From Octopus bimaculoides (Eukaryota): a DNA stretch of 39,644 nt. The translations under genes were made by a program, and so were the position numbers. Positions 1 through 11,701 of the stretch are shown one piece after another (positions within the stretch are counted from its first letter, which is position 1; the number at the start of each line of letters is the position of its first letter). The DNA lies in NCBI RefSeq assembly GCF_001194135.2, contig NC_069003.1, positions 10,044,794 through 10,084,437 of the forward strand. The letters run 5' to 3'. The notes under the pieces were generated by a model that saw only the letters and a list, made by a program, of their open reading frames with translations, did not search any database and was not told the origin of the DNA.

Positions 1-144
1 GCGTACTATCTTGGTTAACCAGCGGTCGGGACAAGGGACGACGGTCAAACGGTAATAGATGACGGATGCGATGTATGCATTCGCTACCTCCGCTCGACCT
101 TTCAAGGAGAGCTTCCTCTCAGCCCATTTCTGGGTGAGGTTGGC
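1..144 (-). mobile_element. Tx1/L1-type non-LTR retrotransposon fragment, region C-terminal to the RT core (runs off window start)
   Basis: Reverse strand reads stop-free ANLTQKWAERKLSLKGRAEVANAYIASVIYYRLTVVPCPDRWLTKIVR, matching the W..R.LS..GR....N......Y motif of L1/Tx1 ORF2. Not in the ORF track because there is no start codon. Confidence 0.75.
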
Positions 145-149
145 CTTTC

Positions 150-345
150 TACTAAAGGTGCAAGGTCTGAAATTTGTGGGGAGTGGGTAAGTCGATCACA
201 CTGACGCCCCAGTGTTCACTGATACTTAATTTATTGACCCCAAAAGGATGAAAGGCAAAGTCAACCTAGGTGGAATTTGAACTTAGAACATAAAGACAGA
301 GAAAATGCTGCTAAGCATTTTTCCTGGCGCACTAACGATTCTGCC
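150..345 (-). mobile_element. tRNA-type SINE, family A; second partial copy at about 430-580
   Basis: Reverse complement of the consensus 'gttctgagttcaaattccgccgaggtcgactttgcctttcatcc' seen many times in the window; B-box-like GAGTTCAAATTCC. Confidence 0.75.
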
Positions 346-360
346 AGCTCTCAACCCAAT

Positions 361-389
361 GTAATAATAACAATAATAATAACAATAAC

Positions 390-424
<35 letters not shown>
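361..424. repeat. (AAT)n microsatellite
   Basis: Direct reading of the sequence. Confidence 0.95.
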
Positions 425-425
<1 letters not shown>

Positions 426-1395
426 CTTTACTACTAAAGGCACAAGGCCTGAAATTTTTGGGGAGGGGACTAGTTGAGTACATTGAATCTAGTGTTTCAC
501 CTGGTACTCAATTTGTCAACCCCAAAAGGATGAAAGGCAAAGTCGACTTTGGCGCAATTTGAACTCAGAACGTAAAGATGGATTGCATATCTTCTGCTGG
601 AGCCCTAGTTGACCAAAGCCTTGTGAGTGTATTTGGTAGATGGAAACTGGAAGAAACTTGTCGTATATGTATGTGTGTGTACTCTTGTTACAATCATGTA
701 ACAATTGTAAATGACATCACATAAGGAATGTTCTTTGCTTCCTATCTTCCATGGTGCAGTATTACTTTGCTTAGAAAGAAATAGGTGACGGTTAGCGACA
801 GGAAGGGTATCCAGCTGTAGAGAAGCGTACCTCAACAAATCCCGTCCGACCCATGCAAGATTGGAAAAGAGGACGTTAAACGACAACGACGACGATGATG
901 TTGATCTGTGGTTGAACACTTTTTTTGTATATTTGAACCTTCCATATAATGATATTTTTTAAAATTCTGTCCCATAACTGAAAGCTTGAAAAACGTTCCT
1001 TTTAAATACATAAGCATTCTAGCGCTGTCAATTGATATTGTTAAGAATGTATTAGTCAGCCATTAGCCTACATAATGAATAAATGAGGCATCTGAAAAGT
1101 AAGCATAATGACAGATTAGCTGAATCATTCCAAGTTCAAATCTCAATGAGATCAACTTCGTCGTTCATCTGTCTGGAATCGATATAATTGCTCGTGCCCC
1201 TCCCCAACAAATTTCTGGTTTTGTGCCCAAGGTAAAGAAATCAATAACTTTGTTACAGAAATATTGATTTCTTTACGTAAACTGCATCTTTAACTAAGCA
1301 TTCTCGGTGTGAATGGAATTAAACTATAAACAGTATCTAAAGAAGAGGTAATTGTTCAGTTTGATTAAATTAAAAAGGTAAATAAAGATTAAGGG

Positions 1396-1701
1396 GGTTG
1401 TTGTTGTTGTTGGCACTCCGTCGTTTACGACGTCGAGGGTTCCAGTTGATCCGATCAACGGAACGGCCTGCTCGTGAAATTAACGTGCAAGTGGCTGAGC
1501 ACTCCACAGACACGTGTACCCTTAACGTAGTTCTCGGGGATATTCAGCGTGACACAGTGTGACAAGGCTGACCCTTTGAATTACAGGCACAACAGAAACA
1601 GGAAGTAAGAGTGAGAAAGTTGTGGTGAAAGAGTACAGCAGGGTTCGCCAAGATCCCCTGTCGGAGCCTCGTGGAGCTTTAGGTGTTTTCGCTCAATAAA
1701 C
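1396..1701 (-). mobile_element. SINE with (AAC)n tail; near-identical copy at 14680-15015
   Basis: About 300 bp shared almost base for base with 14680-14985; (GTT)n at the left end; the longer copy ends in the reverse complement of a B-box-like GTTTCGATTCC. Both copies abut N gaps. Confidence 0.8.
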
Positions 1702-2649
1702 NNNNNNNNNNNNNNNNNNNNNNNNNNNNNNNNNNNNNNNNNNNNNNNNNNNNNNNNNNNNNNNNNNNNNNNNNNNNNNNNNNNNNNNNNNNNNNNNNNN
1801 NNNNNNNNNNNNNNNNNNNNNNNNNNNNNNNNNNNNNNNNNNNNNNNNNNNNNNNNNNNNNNNNNNNNNNNNNNNNNNNNNNNNNNNNNNNNNNNNNNNN
1901 NNNNNNNNNNNNNNNNNNNNNNNNNNNNNNNNNNNNNNNNNNNNNNNNNNNNNNNNNNNNNNNNNNNNNNNNNNNNNNNNNNNNNNNNNNNNNNNNNNNN
2001 NNNNNNNNNNNNNNNNNNNNNNNNNNNNNNNNNNNNNNNNNNNNNNNNNNNNNNNNNNNNNNNNNNNNNNNNNNNNNNNNNNNNNNNNNNNNNNNNNNNN
2101 NNNNNNNNNNNNNNNNNNNNNNNNNNNNNNNNNNNNNNNNNNNNNNNNNNNNNNNNNNNNNNNNNNNNNNNNNNNNNNNNNNNNNNNNNNNNNNNNNNNN
2201 NNNNNNNNNNNNNNNNNNNNNNNNNNNNNNNNNNNNNNNNNNNNNNNNNNNNNNNNNNNNNNNNNNNNNNNNNNNNNNNNNNNNNNNNNNNNNNNNNNNN
2301 NNNNNNNNNNNNNNNNNNNNNNNNNNNNNNNNNNNNNNNNNNNNNNNNNNNNNNNNNNNNNNNNNNNNNNNNNNNNNNNNNNNNNNNNNNNNNNNNNNNN
2401 NNNNNNNNNNNNNNNNNNNNNNNNNNNNNNNNNNNNNNNNNNNNNNNNNNNNNNNNNNNNNNNNNNNNNNNNNNNNNNNNNNNNNNNNNNNNNNNNNNNN
2501 NNNNNNNNNNNNNNNNNNNNNNNNNNNNNNNNNNNNNNNNNNNNNNNNNNNNNNNNNNNNNNNNNNNNNNNNNNNNNNNNNNNNNNNNNNNNNNNNNNNN
2601 NNNNNNNNNNNNNNNNNNNNNNNNNNNNNNNNNNNNNNNNNNNNNNNNN
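1702..2649. other. Assembly gap (N run)
   Basis: N characters. Other gaps: 15016-15709, 26226-26325, 26814-27225, 30392-30401, about 34396-34405, about 37515-37775. Confidence 1.
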
Positions 2650-2939
2650 GAAAGGTTCAGATTACATATTGTCCATCTCAACCGAAGTGGCTAAAGTGGA
2701 TCGGTATACATGTACATATATCTTTCACTTTCTCTCTCCCACTTTAAAAGTAAATAAATAAATTTAAAAAATGACGGAAATTAACGAACAAGAACGACAG
2801 TCCAGCAAGTCAAAACGAAATATCGCCGATTAATTAAGCTTCGAAGCTTCGTAGTTATCTATGTAAAAATGTATTTATTGGTGAATTGGAAGAATGTAGC
2901 ACGGTGCTTTTGTGATCGCTCTCGTCTTTAGGCCTCCAC

Positions 2940-3435
2940 CAGATTTCGTTTTCTCATAACTTTCATAAAAACGGATACCTTTCAATGAAATTTTCAACAA
3001 ATATCTTCAAGATAAAGCAGATTCCGATTATACCAGAATTGAATGAAATAATAATAATAATAATAAAAACATAATTAGCGGACGCCCACGAAAATTGAAC
3101 ACAATTTTAAGTTTCATTTTCGAGACAAATTATACATGATGTCATGTTGTATGTGTGCGTACCCAATTACTTTTTCATATTAAATTCCGATATAATCGTA
3201 ATCTACATCATCTGAAGGATATTTATAGAAATTTTCGTTAAAAAATTGTTTATTTTAATGAAAGTTACAAGGGACTCGTATGAATTTTTCGCTACTCCTC
3301 TCTCATACTTTCGAAGAACTTTTACACAACAAATTCCAATATAATCGTAATCTACACCTTCTGAAGGGCATTTGTAGAGAGCTTCCTAAAAAAAAAAAAT
3401 ACCCATTTTTCTGAAAGTTATGAGGAAACAAATTC
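2940..3435. mobile_element. Old non-autonomous DNA element with diverged ~90-bp inverted repeats
   Basis: 'ctcataactttcataaaaa...agattccgattata' (2950-3030) is the diverged reverse complement of 'ataatcgtaatctaca...gaaagttatgag' (3340-3425); a third copy of the motif lies at 3190-3270. Confidence 0.5.
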
Positions 3436-3749
3436 TTGCCAGGCTTTATATATATATGATGTCGTTGTTTACGTACAAATTCAACAAGTTTACCTAAATT
3501 AATTCTTACCCCCGTGTTTTCCTTTTATTTTTCTCTCACGTAGATCAATAGAAATATCGATTTCACAATAATCAACAAATCTTTCTTTTAAATCAGTTCA
3601 ATATACGGCAATATTTAAAGACTCCCGACTTTTACACTTTCACCCATGCTTCTACACTGTAAACACGTGGTCTGCAATGTGGTAATATTTACCTTAAGAG
3701 TACCAAAAACATCTTGTATACACTCAGCTGAATCAATGTCTTATTTATA

Positions 3750-4070
3750 TACCAAAATCACTTTCCTTCGGAACAAAACGAAGGCATATATTTGTTAATG
3801 GTATTGCTTAATCGCCTAATTTTTCTTTTTCTGTCAATGGACTGCGACCATACTGGGGCACTGAAATCACTTTTCTTCTATACAAAATGAAGACATATTT
3901 CGTAATGGTATTAATTCTTTTATTCTCTTACTGGTTTCTATCAATGGACTGCGGCCATACTGGGGCACTGAAATATTTTTTCTTTTATCCAAATAAAGGC
4001 ATATATTATTTCTTAATTATTTTATTCTCTTATAGGTTTCTGTCAATGGACTGCGGCCATACTGGGGGGT
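3750..4070. repeat. ~105-bp tandem repeat (3 copies) containing a SINE terminus
   Basis: 'tcaatggactgcg.ccatactgggg' at 3834, 3941 and 4043 (periods 107 and 102). Confidence 0.8.
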
Positions 4071-6092
4071 CTGCCTTTAGCGTAGTGGTGGTGGATCTTC
4101 GTCGTTCGACAACGAGTATTCAGTTGGGATCTTTTCTGTGTGGCTGCCAGCTTTCGATTTTGTCCCAATTGAGTTCAAATTTGGTGTAATGATGTAGTTT
4201 TGATGCGGATCTTTTCTGTTTGGCTGCCTGAATTAAGGTGTAAGTGGCTGAGTATTCCATAGACACGGAACCTTAACGTAACTGCTAGGCAGAATCAGCG
4301 TGACACTTTAAAAAAAAGTTTTTATAAAAAGACAAGTCAGAATTCTGGTTTAAGCACCTCGTATAACCCCTCATAACCTTTTTATTTTTTGGAGGCCAGC
4401 AATTTTTTTAGGGGTAGGGAATTGCCGATTACATCGATCTGGTACTTGTTTTCATCGACTCCGAAAAGCTGAAAAGCAAAGTCGACTTCGGCGGAATCGG
4501 TGGAATATGATCTATGGCCGCCTTAATGATTAATAATTAATAATGAATTTATATTTAAATTATAACAATCATTTCCAAATCGTTTTCGGTAATACATGTA
4601 TGATATTCGATCACATATATTTCCGGAAAATTTAGAAATGGTTCTAAAGCGGTATGTAATTCTATTCCTTTTGGTGTGAAAGTGTGTGAATGTCCTGGAC
4701 ACCTCATATAATTCAGTCCTACATGACTAAAATGATGGGATGGTCATGGGTGGGATGCATTGGATCAAAGATCAGCTGCATCAGGGTTGACGTAGTGCAG
4801 AGATGGAAGTAGTGCCGTCTTAATGAATGGGCACATCGGGCAGTTGTACGGGACCCCCCGCACACACACACACATTTAGGGGTTCAATTTTTATCTAAGG
4901 CTGTGTTGCTGTCAATAAATAAATGCTATAGCACCTAGTGCGTTGATATAACTAGAGGTCTGTAACCCAGGCCGAGGGCAGAGGTTAAATAACATTAGCA
5001 ACCATATCGTTAAGTGCAACAAAAATTACTGAAAAAAATAAAAGGAAAAAACAAATATTATCAAGATAAATATTATTTATTAGTATATATATTTAAAATG
5101 TATAAATTAATTTAAAATGATTAAATAAAAGTTAAATCCAGTGAAAATTGAAAAAAAAAAGAAAAATAGATAATATATATGTTTTTCCCAGAATTCCTCA
5201 GGGTAAACAGAAAGCGGAGGAACAACAGTTAAAGAGTAACAACAACATCAGCTGTACGGAGGGAGATAGAGAGAGAGACAGATAAATAGAAGGGAATATG
5301 GAATAATAACGAATGGTACATATGATACGATGTGATACAAGGAATATCGACAGACGTCGTCGGCAACAGCAAGAACAACAAATGGTAATAAGGGTAGACG
5401 AGATTTTCCCCTAAAACTACAATCACAACTATAATAACATAGGAAAAGGAAAATATATATAACCACAGAAATTTATGTTGATTCCCCAGAAGCGATAAAT
5501 TACAGGATTCAATACATGTATATTGCAATTTTTTTAATACATTATAACTGAAAAGCTCTTATTTTCAATACTCAGAGTTAATCCTTCAACTGCTAACCCG
5601 ACCCTACTTTTCTTTTGAAATATCTATCTATCTATCTATCTATCTATATATATGTGTGTGTGTGTGTATATGATGTGTGTGTGTATGTAGTGAAATCTGA
5701 ACATAAGAATGAAAGTTTGAAGAAAATGCATATCCTAATGATGTTCCTTTGTTGATATGTGTGTGTGTGTGTGTGTACATATCTGTCTGTCTTTCTTTCG
5801 TTATGATTAACAGGAATATCGTTATAAACAACGGGTGCGATAATCTTAGCAATAGTAGTTAGTTCAGAGTCACCGGAACTTACATAAGCAAATACCCCGA
5901 TCATACATAATAGATGTAAATAAAAGGAAGAGGAAGAAGAATAGAGAAGAGAAAGAAAGAGTCGGAGAGGGAATAATAATATCGTCAACAATAAGACCAA
6001 CAACAAAAGAAATAATTGTATCTTTTAAGAAAGAAAAAAAATATTCCCCGAAAAACTGGTGGTTGTGGGAGTAGTTAACCGGAACCACACTA

Positions 6093-6123
<31 letters not shown>

Positions 6124-6655
6124 CAATATAATTGTTATCAACAACCACCATCGCTATTACACCAATAGTAACAATAACAGAGTCTCTACTACAGCTTAGA
6201 AAGAGAGCAGTGGTGGAATTTACTAGAACGAAAAATACCATTGCCAACACCGTGAACAACATTACTAAGTATCGACTATTATTATATCATCATCATCATC
6301 ATCATCATCACCATTACAAACAACGGCCGAACTGACTACCTCTAAGTCTACAACAATATTGTTATTATTAATGATACTACCACTCGTTACGAACAACAAC
6401 AACAGGTAATATTAACAACAAAGTACTACCATCGTTTTAAACACCAACTTTATTAATAATATCAACAATATTTACTATTCAGACCTATTCAAGATCTTTG
6501 CCTTTTTTTTTATTATTTCTCCCGAGATCATTTATAAAAAACAGTTACAGTAGTACCAGGTAAATACTAAGGGAGTGATTTAAATCTCCATTTTACTATT
6601 CCTAGAAGTGAATGAAATAATAATATGAATAATTATTAGAACAAAAGGCACCACC

Positions 6656-6690
<35 letters not shown>

Positions 6691-7038
6691 AAGAATCATT
6701 CAAACGGCAACACAGTGCTACTATCTTAATTACTACAAGCAACATTAATAATAACGTCTTCGATTATCAGCGCCACCTTCACCATCAAAGATTTCCCAGT
6801 ATCACCACTTCTCCAACGCCACCTCACATTCTCAATTATCAACATCACCACCACCTCCCCCATTGCCGCTTCTGTCACTATCCTATGTGCTCATCAACAA
6901 CAAAAGGCCACAAGAAAATCCACCATATATCTCCGAAGAACTTGAAGACGAACTTTTAAGCCCATGACGTAATTAACCGTTTAAATAGATAGATAGATAG
7001 ATAGACAGACAGACAAAGGCTGTCTAGTAGACGGTACA

Positions 7039-7430
7039 ATGTCTTCTACTTCTTCTACAACTGCTACCGCTGCTACTACATCTACAAGAGCTGCAACTGT
7101 AACGAGCACTTCGGGTAGCAGTAGTGCATTGCACCCGACTATGGCAGTGGACAGCATCGCAGTTACCAGCAGTACCAGCACTGCCTCTACAACGGTCATC
7201 AGCACTTCGACCACAACATCTACCACCACCACTACCACCACTAGCAACACAGCTACCACCAGCCTGGAGAGTTCGTTTGAGCTGTCCGGGGGAGCGGTCC
7301 GCGTAGCTGTGGAAAGGTGTCCAGTTTGTACGACCACACGTCGACCTTTCTATTGTGCCAGCTGTGTGAATACGGGACAGTTCAATTACTCAAACTATGT
7401 ACACCAACATAAACAATCTGATCAGGAGAG
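7039..7430 (+). CDS. ATG14: ATG14 (Beclin 1-associated autophagy regulator, Barkor) coding exon 1
   Basis: Encodes VAVERCPVCTTTRRPFYCASCVNTG, the Cx2Cx8Cx2C cysteine repeat of ATG14 (human, recalled: [22 protein letters not shown]). Donor AG|GTAAGA at 7431, phase 2. The exact start codon is less certain (7039 or 7141). Confidence 0.93.
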
Positions 7431-7544
7431 GTAAGAGCATTGTGCCTTTTGTTTCATTGCAGCCCTTTGTATTATGTATGTATAATTCTACATGTATATA
7501 TGTATATGTTTGTGTGTATATATATATATATGTGGGTGGGGGAT

Positions 7545-7722
7545 GCAGGCTTGGTTCTGCAGTAAGAAGTTTACTTCCCTACCACATGGTTCCAGGTTCA
7601 ATCACACTGCATGGCACCTTGGGCAAGTGTCTTCTGCTTTAGCCTTGGGCCGACCAAAGTCTTATGAGTGGATTTGGTAAGCAGAAACTGAAAGAAGCCC
7701 ACCATATGTGTGTGTATGCATG

Positions 7723-7763
<41 letters not shown>

Positions 7764-7906
7764 GTATATATATATTTATATATATATAATATTAAAAATT
7801 ATATTAAAACTATGTAAAGTGTGTGTATTTTCCTTTTTTAAATTTCTTATATATATTACAACTCACCACGTGGGGATAATCGAAATTCCTCTTTCTCTGT
7901 TACTAA

Positions 7907-7947
<41 letters not shown>

Positions 7948-8075
7948 TCTGTGTGTATTTATGTCTGTGTTTGTCCTCTCCCACCACTGCTTGGCAACCA
8001 ATGTTGGTGTGTTTATATTCCTGTAACCTAGCGCTTTGGCAAAAGAGATCAATAAAGTAAGTACCTGGCTTAAAA
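7545..8075 (+). mobile_element. tRNA-type SINE, family B, with internal (TA/TG)n microsatellite
   Basis: Head 'ccacatggttcc.ggttca.tc.cactgc.tggcaccttgggcaagtgtcttct' shared with copies at about 16985-17368 (-), 17620-18008 (-), 25085-25300 (-), 31108-31512 (+), 32425-32800 (-) and 33025-33450 (+). Confidence 0.8.
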
Positions 8076-8497
8076 TTGTCATCCGCTTCTCCATGCTTGA
8101 ATAGGTCGGATGAAATTTGTTGAGGCGGATTCTCCATGCCTGGATGCCTTTCCTGTTGCCAACCCTTCTCCCGCTTCCATGCAAGCTAATATTTCCCCAT
8201 GACCAGACATGTTATTCATGGTATGATGGTGATGCTCATTTATACTCATCACGTACATAAAAACATATACACACACACACACATATATATTCTTTTACTT
8301 GTTTCAATCCTTTGACTGTGGCCATGCTGGAGCACTGCCTTTAGTCAAACAAACTGCCCCTTGGACTTATTCTTTGTAAGCCTAGTACTTATACTATCGG
8401 TCTCTTTGCGAACCGCTAAGTTACGGGGATGTAAGCACACCAACTTCAGTGTCAAACAATAGGTGGTGGGGACAAACACAGACACTCAAATACATAC

Positions 8498-8540
<43 letters not shown>

Positions 8541-9045
8541 CATATCATCATCATCATTTAATGTCTGCTTTCCATGGGTTGGATGGTTTGACTGACGACT
8601 GGCGAACCAGATGGCTGCACCAGGCTCCAATCTGATCTGGCAGAGTTTCTACAGTGTCTTTTCTAATTGTGCTTCCAATCCACTTCCACTTTTTCTTAAA
8701 TATTTGCTCCCTAGACAAAAGATTATACCATGAAATTGCACCTTGAAAATTCCCCTCTGAGGCACAAGTCAAAGGCAAAAACCGATATGGCTTGGCACCA
8801 GTGACATTGCAACTCATTTCTGAACTGGAGCGACGTGAAATAAAGCGTCTTGCTCAAGAACACACAGCCTAGTCCATATATATGTGTGGACCTGAAACTA
8901 TGTGGTTGAGAAGTGAATTTCTTGACCACTAAGTCATTCGTAATGTTGATGTATTTGTATGTTGGTAAAACAATTGTTAGTTCTGATAATGGAGTGGAAT
9001 GACTTGAATTCCTCTCATTTTCTCTACTTTATTGTCCACCTATAG

Positions 9046-9108
9046 ATACTGTGATAAACTCGAGAGATGGAAAGAGAGTAAGGCGAACCGGGAACGATAC
9101 CTGCAGAG
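9046..9108 (+). CDS. ATG14: ATG14 coding exon 2 (63 nt)
   Basis: Pyrimidine tract and TAG acceptor, AG|GTAAGT donor; reads (R)YCDKLERWKESKANRERYLQ; phase 2 to 2. Confidence 0.9.
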
Positions 9109-9864
9109 GTAAGTTTAAAATTTTTTTTATGTATTGTACAGAAAATAAAGGAATTCTCAAACGCAGGATTACTGTGAAGACAGTTTATAAAATTGGGTAA
9201 ATACTTTGTAGGAGACAGAAAAATATGACCAGCATACCTCTATAGAGAACTGAAATCTGTATCCCTCAAATTCTGGCTGAGCACTTTGTATCATTAAGCT
9301 AAGAGACCCCTAACAGCAATAACTGTCTTTTTTGATGCTAAATTGTAATTTTTGGATTGTGAGAACATTTTGTAAATAAACTTATAAGCACCAAGTGCGT
9401 TAGTATTCTACTGAAAATAAAGGAATTCTTGAATGCAGGATGGCTGTGACAACAGCTTAGAAAATTCGGTAAATACCCTTTAGTACAAGGGTTCTCAGCC
9501 ATTTTTCATCTTGGGACCCCTTTGATTATTATTTTATTCTGGTGGACCCCTATAGCCATCCATCATCATCATCATCATCATCATTTAACTTTGTTGTCCA
9601 AGCTGGCATGGGTTGGATGCTTCAACTGGGCTGGCATGCTGGAAGGCTGCACCAGGCTCCAGTCTGACTTGGCATGTTTTTCTACAGCTAGATGCCCTTC
9701 CTAATGTCAACCACTCTGAGAGTGTAATGGGTGCTTTTGTGTGCCAATGGCATGAGTGCCATTTACATGACATCAGTATCTGCCACGACTGCGATTTTGC
9801 TCAGCTTGACGGGGGTCTTCTTCTCAAGCATGACATAATGCCAAAGGTCTTCACCATTACCTCC

Positions 9865-10045
9865 ATGAGGCCCAACACTTGAAAGGAACTCAGCCACTTT
9901 GCCGAGTTGAGACCCAATGCTAGAAAGGAACTCAGCCACCCTTCCTCTGTGTGGCCCAACACTCGAAAGGAACTCTGCCACTTTGCCTCCGTCAGGCCCA
10001 ACACTCAAAAGGAACTCAGCCTCTTTGCTTCCGTGAAGCCCAGCG
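9865..10045. repeat. 42-bp tandem repeat (at least 4 copies) inside the RTE element
   Basis: 'ggaactc' at 9885, 9927, 9969 and 10011. Confidence 0.9.
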
Positions 10046-10614
10046 TTCAAAGGTTGATATTTTTTACATGCCACCAGCACAGGTGCACCTGGCTTGGCAG
10101 TTCCTCTTAAGCAGAGCACATCGTCAGAGGTCTCGGTCAATAGTCATTGCCTCTGTGAGGTTCAAAGATCATGCTTCACCACCTCATCCCATGTCTTCCT
10201 GCGTCTACCGCTACCACAGGTTCCCTCCACAGTTAGAGATTAGCACTTCTTTACACAGCTGTCCTTGTCCATATGCATCACATGACCACACCAGCACAGT
10301 CATCTCTCTTGCACACCACATCTGATTCCTCTTATACCTAACTTTTCTCTCAAGATGCTTACATTCTGTCGAACATGCACACTGACATTGCACATCCTGC
10401 AAAGTATACTGGCTTCATTTCTCTCAAGCCTGCGCATGCCCTCGGCTGTTATAATCCATGTTTCACTGCCATGCAGCATAGCTGTTTGCATACAGGCATC
10501 AACCAATCTGCCTTTCAATCTGAGAGAGAGGCCCTTTGTTGCCAATAGGGGTAGGAGCTCTCTGAACTTTGCCCAGCCTAATCTTATTCTCACAGCTACG
10601 GTCTCTGAACAACC

Positions 10615-10822
10615 AGTACCGCCTGACTGGCCTTCGTGCGGGTGACACGTAAAAGCACCCACTACACTCTCTGAGTGGTTGGCATTAGGAAGGGCATCCA
10701 GCTGTAGAAACTCTGCCAAATTAGATTGGAGCCTGGTGTTGCCATCTGGTTTCACCAGTCCTCAGTCAAATCGTCCAACTCATGCCAGCATGGAAAGCGG
10801 ACGTTTAAACGATGATGATGAC
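10615..10822 (+). mobile_element. Nested RTE-tail insertion in opposite orientation
   Basis: Splits the host RT between YLGDQVSS and GCSE; ends 'gcatggaaagcggacgtttaaacgatgatgatga'; same sequence at 14010-14190 and 25600-25800. Confidence 0.8.
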
Positions 10823-11658
10823 TACTAACCTGGTCACCTAGATACTGGAAGCTATCTACCACCTCTAGCTTGCCCCACTGGCAGTTGATGGGGGTCTATT
10901 TTCCACACATGTTCAGCATTTATTATGTCTGTGCACCTTTCTCTATTAACCTTCCTTTGATGTTGCTGCACCTTTTGTGTGTCCAAAGCTTACACTGGGT
11001 GCATCTTACGGAATTTTTACCTACACCTTTTCTACAGGGCCATCTACCTGACGGGATTTATAATTTGTCTGCCTTCCTACTTACTAAGACTTTGGTTTTT
11101 GCTAGGTTAACTCTAAGGTCCTTTGATTCTAGACCTTGTTTCCATACTTGGAACTTCTCTAGCTCAGGTAGTGATTCAGCTATAAGACCAAGGTCATCAG
11201 CATAGAGGAGCTCCCAGGGGCAGCCTGTCTTGAATTCCTCTGTTATTGCCTGGAGGACTATGATGAAAGAGACAGGGCTGAGCACCAATCCTTGGTGAAC
11301 CCCTCTCTCTCTTTCCCATTCCTGCTCTTCCACTCTCTCTCTCACTCTCACCTTCCCTTGCCTTCTCTTTTTCTCTCTCTTCCTTTCTCACTCACTCTCT
11401 CTTCTCTCTCTTCCACTCACTCTCTTTCTCTCTCTGTGTCTCTTTCATTTTCTCCCTCCTCATCTCTCTTTGCTCCCCCCTCCTTCCCTCTCTTTCATTT
11501 TCTCCCTCCCTTATCACTTTTCCTCCTCTCACCCTATCTCCCTCTATATCCCTCCCCCCTTCTCGCTTCTTTATTACTTCCATTATTTTTTTTGTTTGAA
11601 TCTCTTTTCCTTACTATTGACTCACATTTTTTATTTTCGTCTGATTCTCTCACTTCAG

Positions 11659-11701
11659 TATAAAACCTGGACTCGATAACAAGTATGCAGCAGAGAAAAA
11701 G
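11659..11701 (+). CDS. ATG14: ATG14 coding exon 3 (43 nt)
   Basis: TTCAG acceptor, AG|GTAAGG donor; reads (S)IKPGLDNKYAAEKK; phase 2 to 0, fitting both neighbours. Confidence 0.85.

Larger units (their letters stand above)
9560..11310 (-). mobile_element. 5'-truncated, decayed RTE-clade LINE in ATG14 intron 2
   Basis: Minus strand gives GVHQGLVLSP..FIIV, LLYADDL, VNLAKTKVL, FQYLGD, RIRLGWAKFRELLP and AMLHGSETW (RTE RT motifs), followed by a 3' UTR and a (GAT)n tail at 9560-9585. Confidence 0.9.

Noticed and set aside
1581-2747. Long ORFs consisting mostly of X (also 14893-15957 and 37388-37830)
   Set aside because: Artefacts of translating N gaps.
6633-6959. Stop-free His/Pro-rich frame upstream of ATG14
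   Set aside because: No suitable start codon or splice acceptor, low complexity, no recognisable homology; it may be 5' UTR.
9865-10045. CRISPR-like array (also the 26-bp array at 12510-12780)
   Set aside because: Units are contiguous with no unique spacers, derive from LINE sequence, and there are no cas genes; the DNA is eukaryotic.
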